Source: Amoebidium appalachense
Taxonomy: Eukaryota > Protista > Ichthyosporea
Length of the DNA stretch: 64,000 nt
Assembly (NCBI GenBank): GCA_963693365.1
Contig: CAVNZM010000001.1
Span: 16,797,840 to 16,861,839 of the forward strand
Direction of reading: 5' to 3'
Numbering within the stretch: the first letter of the stretch is position 1; every line of letters starts with the position of its first letter. The translations under genes and the position numbers were made by a program. This document shows positions 55,892-64,000 of the stretch, piece by piece. The notes under the pieces were generated by a model. The model saw only the letters and a list, made by a program, of their open reading frames with translations. It made no database searches and was not told the origin of the DNA.

Positions 55892-58350
55892 TTAGTTCAT
55901 AAAAAGATCTTGGGCATGTGTATTAACGGTGATGGGGGTAACATCAGCATCCGGCTCCCCCACAAGTGTTGCGCGGCGAGTGGGGGCAGCAGAGGGCGGG
56001 GCACTGGGGCTGGGGCTAGAAAGCAAAAGATAGGCATCGTCACGTGACCCAGATACAAGCAGGCGATTGGCTGAGGCGCTGCCTGTGAGGGTGCCGCCGG
56101 GAGATTTCGTTTGGCCATCTTCAAGGGTTTTGGTGCGGGAACGCTTGGCTGTTGGAAGGGAAAAGTTTATTAGGCATGGATAGCAATTGAACGTAATTAT
56201 GCGATAAGTGCTTCTAAAGAACGCAGCCAGTGGTTCAGATTTTTCAGACCCCACCTTCCCTTCCCCCCCTCCCGCCCCCCCCTCCCCTCCCTCCCCTCCC
56301 CTCCCTCTCTCAGAAAATATTGAATGAAACACAGATGAAAATAACAAAGGACCATCCGGGCATAATGCACATATGTACTCACCCCCCCCCCCCCCCCTCC
56401 CCCCCCCCCCCCCTCCCCCCCCCCCCGTTCATTCTTGTCACTGCAATGGTGCTAGAAAAGCTAGTAGCAAAGTGAACGAGGGTATTGTGGGTGGGCGGGT
56501 AGAAGGGTTGAGAGGTGAGGGTGGGCAGGGGTGGGCGGGGATGGGCGGGGGCGGGGCGGGGGGAGGGGGGGGGGGGGGGGGACGGGCCCCGGGGGAGGAG
56601 GGGGGGGGGGGGGGGGGGGCTCACAAGAACGAGAATAGTTAAATACAGAAGGTCATGCCTAGGGATATGGGGGGGGGGGGGGGGGAGGGGGGAGTAACAC
56701 CACAAACGGGTGGGGTGGGGGGGGTGGGGGGAGGGGCGGCTCCGGAGAGAAAGGTGGCGGCTGTGGTGCGGGGGGAGGGGGCGTGAGGAGGGGAGAAGGG
56801 AAGGGGGGAGGGAGGGGGAGGGATGGAGGGGGGGGGGGGGGAGGGGGACTTACTCTTCCTTGAGTTTGTGGTACTGCCCTTTGTGCTTCCCTTCGTGGCC
56901 GTGCCAGTCCCGGAGCTGTTAGTGGTACCCTTGCCGGCAGCACAGAATGCCCTGTACGTCTTCCACCAGAAGAAAAACATGAGAATGGTCTGTGATGCAT
57001 AGTTGATGAACACAAGAAGACCACCCGTCATCTCCTGTGACTCATCAAGGAACGCCCAACCGACGTTGTCCAATAGGAAGCCGTAGATTAAAATTAAAGT
57101 AATACCAAACATGGCTTTAACCATGGTGGCAGTCACGTGGTGCTTCATGAGGTTGCCGCTCTTGCGCGAGAGGAGGAACAGGTCGAAGATGAGCACAAGG
57201 ATGATGCATGCCTGAAGGAGGAAGTGTTAATACATGGAATATAAAAAGAATTGAAGGAGAATTTGTATATAGACTGGCATGGAGATACACGTGACTGCAC
57301 TGTTCTGTGCCTGTGTATGTATGTGTGTGTGGGGAGGGAGGGACCCTGATCGAGGAGAAAGGGTGGTACCGGTGGTGGCGGTGGCACGGGGAGGGAAGGG
57401 GGGGGGAGGGGGAGCAGGGGGGGGAAGGGGGAGAGGAGGGGCCAGAGGGGCAGGCAGAGGACCAAGGAAGGTTTACCACAAATTGGCATCAAACCACGAA
57501 GGGTGTGGCAGGAAAACAAGCAGCTCACCTGGAACGTGACGTGGGCATAGTCCACCTGTTGTAACACCGCACTGCCAAGGGCACACAGTGGGGGAAGGCA
57601 CACCATGAACGGAATCAGCCCAACGAACATAGCAACTATCATCCATGTGGCACCAAACCGTGTGTGCCGGGTGACCATTGACCGCTTGAACTTGATGAAT
57701 CCAAGATTCAGATTGATGTAGCCGTATACGAGGATGGTCAGGCGGAGGGAGAAGATGGTAATGGGCAGACTGAACAAGGGACGGCCAAACCAATACAGCG
57801 CCCACCAGTAGCAGGCCTGATCCAAAAATTCCGTTAGAATTCGAATAACTGTACCATACATGCCTAAGGCGTTAGTTTACAGCTCATTTTATCTTGCGTA
57901 GTATAAAGTGCCGTCGTATTAGTGAAAGAGATAAAGGAAATCATTATTATAATACGGGGCAACAGGCTGGAGGGCCAACTTACGGACTGGTTATATGCGA
58001 GGAATGAGGAGGAGAGGGGGGGTGGGGGGGGGGGAGTACCTAGAGAGGGAGGGAGGAAGGGGGAGCAGGGGCCGGGGGGGGGGGGGGGGGGGTTGCTGGG
58101 ATTGATACGCTAAAGAAGGTGGACAATGAGAGAAAAGCAGCAGGGTCTCTGTGAGAATAAGAGCAATAGAAGCGCTTACAGAAAGTATAAAGAGTGTGTA
58201 CGGTGTCAAAGGGGAGAAACGAAGGAACGACGCATGGTGAATACTGTGGTTTTTTCACTTTGGCTTTTCTTTTCTTTTTTCTTGGTTGCGCGAGGGTGAG
58301 GGGAGGGGGTGTCAGGCGGGGGGGGGGGGGGGTAGGGGGGAGGGGAAGCC

Positions 58351-58381
<31 letters not shown>

Positions 58382-59475
58382 AGGGGGAGGGAGAGGGGGG
58401 GGGGGGAAGGGGTGTGTGTGTCTGAGATGGGTAAGGGGGGATGGGGGGGGGGAGGGATGAGCTCAAGCTGGAGCGACAGTGACGGTGAATTCACTATATT
58501 TCCCCCCAAAACAACTATCTGACAATGATTCAGAAGGCTGTAGTGTATGTGCATGCCTGGCAGAAAGATTCACCGCAATTGTGTGCTTATTATGCACACA
58601 TATTCTGTGGATGGATGCATTCAAGTAGTGACATGTGCAAACGGGCATTGGTGTGGGCGTTTTGCGTGGGTGGGTGGATGGCGCCGGTGGCGCCACTGGT
58701 TGGGACGGACAGGGGGTAGGGAGGGGGTATGGCGCCTGCTGAGAGAAATCTTGGGGGCAGGGAGGGGGGGGGGGGGGGGGGGGGGGGAGGGAGGGGCGGG
58801 AGGGTGAGGGGGAGGGGGCGCGGCGGGGGGGAGGGGGGGGGGGGGGGGTAAAAGGGATAGGGTCAGGGGGGCCCATGTATGTGTGAATACGCATGTGAAT
58901 TCAAGCCTATAAAGTTTTCTGAGGCGCGCCGCAGCAACTTTGACTGTTTGGCCGGCAAGGAAGATGCCATATAGATGCTCATATGACTCATGCATATGGG
59001 TGGGTGATCCCCCGCCCGTAATGTTGCGGATGTATGTTCACGTGTTTCAGCGTAGTTGTGTGTATTCGAGTGTGTCTGTGTTTGGGAGTACACGTGTGTG
59101 TGTGTCAAGGCATGTGCGTGTGTGATTCGAAAATGTGTCATGCTGCCACACACGCAACAAATTGGGTTGTTGCGGGGCAAAGCTAATACACTATCAGCAC
59201 ACACGACTCCCATATAGAGTGAAGTATATCGATCTTACCTCATCAAATTGGTGACCACCCCAGGTGTAGCCAACCCACTCGATGTTTTGAAGAAGCATGC
59301 CGAGCCAGGGAAGGAGCAGGAGAAAGTACAGGTTGCCTCGTTTGCGTGCAGAGAGCTCAGAATTGAAGGTCAAAACAACAGCAAGAACAAGCAACAAGAG
59401 AACAAACCCGATTAGAAGTGGGAAAGCAATTTGCAGAAAGCCCTGCAAACGGGCCTGCCCTGCGCTCCGTTCCAT
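55892..59475 (-). CDS. Orphan seven-transmembrane (GPCR-like) protein (~379 aa) with Ser/Thr-rich C-tail
   Basis: Exons 59475-59239, 57816-57529, 57211-56854, 56148-55892; phases consistent. Seven hydrophobic segments (IAFPLLIGFVLLLLVLAVVLTF; LYFLLLLPWLGMLL; CYWWALYWFGRPLFSLPITIFSLRL; FGATWMIVAMFVGLIPFMV; FQACIILVLIFDLFLL; AMFGITLILIYGFLL; GLLVFINYASQTILMFFFWW). Confidence 0.75.
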
Positions 59476-59779
59476 TTTTCAAAGCTACGTGGTGTGTTTT
59501 CTGGCAATTTATAAGTTGTGGTATACGTACAGGGGCAGCTGCTTCTAATTCTATTGCTGTTTCGCGCCTAGGTGAACTTGCATATTTTCAATAGTTTCTC
59601 ACTGGCGCAAAGAGAAAAACTAATGCCTGAGTGTGGGTAAGCAACATGCCAGGGCAAGGTGGAATGGTGCCTCTTTCCCGCCTTTAGGTATGAAATAGTG
59701 TGCCTAAGAACAGCCAGGTCGTTAGATCAACGCAACGCGCGCAGAACTTTAGGAATGCACATTCTGCTGATACGTGAAT

Positions 59780-59980
59780 AATGATTGGCTTTTGAATTGA
59801 GTTCTGAAAGATACCCAATAATAATTAAACATTATGCATTCTTTTTTTGGCTTGCTGTCCAAACCAACCAATCGTATTAGTTTCTTTTGCTTTTTGATGA
59901 TTGGTTGAGCCTTTTTGGGGTGCGCGTTAACCAATAGGAAGCTGATTCAGTTTGCAGCTGCAGATCTATTTGCCAATCAG
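59780..59980. promoter_or_regulatory. CCAAT-box cluster upstream of the 7TM gene
   Basis: CCAAT/ATTGG at 59784, 59815, 59868, 59900, 59931 and 59973. Confidence 0.5.
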
Positions 59981-60479
59981 ATCAGGGATTGTTTCGATCA
60001 ACAAACAAAAGGTTCGCTTGCTCAGCAATGAAGTTGAAGCAGCCGTTTAAAAAAAAAATGCTAGAAGGATATATGTCAAAATGTAAATAAATACATGTAC
60101 ACGTAAATATACAGTGTATATTAAGCCTAAAATGCTATTTTTCTATTTTTATTCTTCCGTTTGTATATACTGCAGGTCAACCTCCGGAGGCATGTCCGAG
60201 TCCGGTGTGCGGCCACATCCGGAGCTACTACTGTACTTCAGCTAGCTGCGAGTGCCTGGAATTCTTGAAGAATGCATACAGAACGATATGTGCTGGGACA
60301 AGAACGCTATGTAGAACAGGTTAGTCGTTTTGTTTGTCTAGAAGATCACGTTTATATGTGGGATGAGCCGTATGCCAGATGTAGGAAGGGAACGGGATGG
60401 GGTCGTGGTACAACGAGGGGGCCCCGGGGGGGGGAGGGGGGGAGGGGGGTGCGGGGGGAGGCTGGCTAGGAGAAGCAGG

Positions 60480-60480
<1 letters not shown>

Positions 60481-60550
<70 letters not shown>

Positions 60551-60566
60551 GACAATGTGGTGGTGG

Positions 60567-60627
<61 letters not shown>

Positions 60628-61390
60628 GCAAGAAAAGTGCTGACTTACGGCAAAAGCCCCTACTATTCTCGCCTGACTAGCAGAGTGTACACACTACAAC
60701 TAACACGTACCTGGGCACACATGCATATGAATGAGAGTATACGTGGGTGATCAGGCCACTAAACTAACAGACATAAACACGTGCAGAGTGGTGCTGGGCA
60801 ATGCACGATGCCACAGCACTAACAGAGAGGGTAGTGTGGAGAGGTAGAAACACAGTTGCATGTTCTGTCAATCTACGCCTAATTTATTATGCTCGATTCT
60901 CACCTATTTATCTGCCGCAGGCAGATTCCATGAATACAGATCTATCCTAAGGTATTTGCGCATCTGATTGGCAAATACTATGAATACTATAAATCTGACC
61001 AATCATATAACGACACGTACATGAACGGAAATCAAACTGCATTCCCCTCATACGGTCCAATCGCAGACAAAACACCCGGCTACACAGAAAACATGAAAAG
61101 CATGCACAACAATCGTCGGATGCGTGCTTTCCTCTCGCTATCGCCAATAGCTAAACAAACTATGAATACCACACGTGCCTAATGAATAACAGAGGGCAAA
61201 CAAGAGCATGCTGGACATGCTTATGAAATAAAGGGAGATAAAGCACAAATAAACGATCGTACCTAACTATGTATGCTATGTGCTCGTGCAACCTGTGTAA
61301 ACCAAAGATGTGCAACTAATGAAGAATCGTGCTGTGCACGTGCGTGCGAAATGCATATGCCAACTCGTGCACTATTGTTGTATATTCTGG

Positions 61391-61484
<94 letters not shown>

Positions 61485-61524
61485 TGTGTGGGTGTGTGTG
61501 TGTGTTGACAATGTGGTGGTGGGT

Positions 61525-61571
<47 letters not shown>

Positions 61572-61592
61572 GACAATGTGGTGGTGGTGGTG
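60481..61592. repeat. (GT)n arrays carrying a recurrent ttgacaatgtggtggtgg spacer (3 copies)
   Basis: Copies at ~60549, ~61505 and ~61570, each preceded by GT repeats. Confidence 0.75.
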
Positions 61593-61943
61593 AGGTGTGA
61601 GGGGGGAAGAAGGTGTGTGGGTACACGTGGCTGGGTGGGAAAGGGTGGAGGAAAGGGGGGGGGAGGGGGGAGGGTGGGGGGGGGGGGGGGGGAGGGGGGG
61701 GGGGGCATCGATCAACTCTCATGCTTCGCCCACTGCAGGCGAAATATATGTGTGAGGGGGTGATCATGAGACTCAAGCCCATGAGACAGAACGGGCCGAT
61801 AGAGTCTAGGGGTAGATATTCATGTAGCTACAGCCCCAGTTAGAGGAAAAGGCTGGGAGCGAGCATTGAGAGGCAGTGGTAGATCCGGATGAAAAGAGAC
61901 AGTTCCGGCAAGAAAGATAGACTACGAAGAGAGGGCCTTTTTT

Positions 61944-61975
<32 letters not shown>

Positions 61976-62570
61976 TCCGACAGGGCCGTGAAAGAGTCTT
62001 CGGAGAGGGGGCAGGAGCTCTCGAGAAAGATCTAGAGGGGGTTTTTTCATAAGAGATAACGAAGAAGTGATCATGAGCGGGGAGGGGGGGGGGGGGGGAT
62101 GAGACATCACCACTGGAGCGAGCAGGAGGGAGTGAAGGAAGTGTACAGGCTCAGGAGGGAGATCGAACGAACCGGGGTACCCCACTTGAATCTGTTTCGA
62201 TTTAAATCTTAACGGGCTCAGCTACTAGTCTAGCTATTGAAAGTGGGTATACTACTATAGGTCTAATGGGGCCTGCACCACCAAAGGCAGCGGTGCTGAA
62301 TATAACTGAATAAAAAGGTTCATACCAAAGGAGGGAGCTCAAAGGATGCCGGAAGGGAGGTAGGGAGGAAGGAGGTGAGAGCCTCGGGGGGGGGGGGGGG
62401 GGGGGGGGGGAGGGGCGGGGGAGGTATACGTAGGGGGTCTCGGGGGTGAAGGGGCGCACTTGCGCTACTGGATATCCGATATATCATGAATCGGCGTACA
62501 GCCTACCCTTACGATGCATATGGGTCACGCCAAGCACTCAGTGCCACCCCTCCCCCCCCCCTCCCCCCCC

Positions 62571-62626
<56 letters not shown>

Positions 62627-63855
62627 ACACCACCACCACCACCACCACCAACACCACCCTGTCAGTACCACCACCATATCCGCAACCACCACTATTACGA
62701 CGTGAACCACCACCACCACAAACACCCACCCACTTAGGGAACCTTTCTTGAATTCAATAACTAGGTATTTGAATAATTTGATTTTCTCACTGACTCCGCA
62801 TAGAATGCTATTTTCTGAGATACATACCACTCTCCGGATCCCCACCCACAACCAGAATACACAAGAGAAGAGACCTAATAGTCACACAACTATAACCAGG
62901 ATGATATGTGTATAACTTTGAGCAGGTACTACATAGGGGCCTGCTTTGGCTTGCACAATCAGTAGCTATTCACAGTGACCGCTCCTTTGCATCCCAGTCA
63001 CAGTCGTGGGGCAGTTGCGGACTAAAAGTATTATGACATTCCGAAATGGAAGTTATAATACATCAGAACCTTGAGCACAACAGTGGGTCCTCCCCCCCCC
63101 CCCCCCCCCCCTTTCCTCCCCTCCCCCCCTCCCTCCCCCCTCCCGCCCCTCCCCCTCCCCCCGTTCCCTCCGTGGGGCCCAATGCCTACCCACCCACCAG
63201 CACGCCCCCACCCCGCCCAGCGGCGCCGCCCCACCATTTGTCCCACATGGCTTAGCCTACACGACACGCCACATGTAGACTCTATTTCTTTCTTCAAAAT
63301 CCGCAACATCCCCTTCCTTTATCCCGGCTACTTCCCCCTCTCTTCTTCCCTCTCTTCCTCCCTTGAAGTTCCCTTTTATTTAGCTATCTTTAACGAATTA
63401 GGGGCAGGCTGAACACTATAGTACTAGGCGTATCCACAAGCAAGGTCACGCCGTACGGATCGGAAAAGCCCCCCCCCCCCCCCCCCCCCCCCCCCCCGCC
63501 CATCCCCTCTCCCCTTAACCCGTCATTTCCACGTCATTCGCATAACGGTTAAAAGCCGTGGTAATATGAAGCCACTCTAGGCAGCAGGCTGCAGCACTCT
63601 TGCTAAAGCAGTACTATTCCATGCTGGTTCAAGATGTCAAGATTTTCAATGTGTAAGGCTCCCCTGTACATATTCCGAAACGTCTCGTCTCTTCTTTCCT
63701 TCTTTCTTTCCTTTTCTTTCTTTCTTTCTTTCTTTCTTTCTTTTTTTTTGGCTAGCACAATCCATATTAATATGGCGGTTTGCACGAAACTCCGGGGGCA
63801 GGGGGATCGGGACGGGTATTGGTGGTGGTGGTGGGGTGGGGGCGGGCGGGCGGGT

Positions 63856-63900
<45 letters not shown>

Positions 63901-64000
63901 GGGGGGGGGGGGAGGGGGGGGGGGGGGTTGTTGGGACGTGGGGTGGCAACTTTGAGGAAAATGTTTTGCAATGAAGCCTTCGGGGGGTGGGGGGTGGGTG

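Noticed and set aside
60549-60556. TTGACA bacterial -35-like box
   Set aside because: Eukaryotic context, no -10 element; part of a repeat spacer.
63516-63552. ttaaccc...cggttaa, piggyBac-like ends with TTAA
   Set aside because: Only ~30 bp between the ends; easily chance.

Overview
Intron-rich eukaryotic genomic DNA, not prokaryotic. The gene content (MCRS1, RPUSD4-type synthase, RPC5 with an animal-like C-terminal extension) suggests an opisthokont, possibly a unicellular holozoan; this is inference only. Most of the six-frame ORF track is noise from poly-G/poly-C and (CA)n/(GA)n tracts. Splicing exons by hand (GT-AG, phases checked) gives seven protein-coding genes: a PTB/hnRNP I-like RRM protein (-, runs off the left edge), MCRS1 (+), a BTB/POZ-WD40 protein (-), a mitochondrial RluA-family RPUSD4-like pseudouridine synthase (-), POLR3E/RPC5 (+), a small ankyrin protein (-) and an orphan 7TM GPCR-like protein (-). 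Two pairs are divergently transcribed. The most unusual signals are non-coding. (1) An apparent intron grammar: poly(C) directly after many 5' splice sites, 3' splice sites lacking a polypyrimidine tract (CA-repeat or G-rich), and some introns with mutually complementary ends. (2) A structured ~110-150 bp intronic repeat family whose six copies all lie the same way round relative to their host transcripts. (3) A promoter-like CCAAT cluster inside an intron. No tRNA, rRNA or CRISPR array was found.
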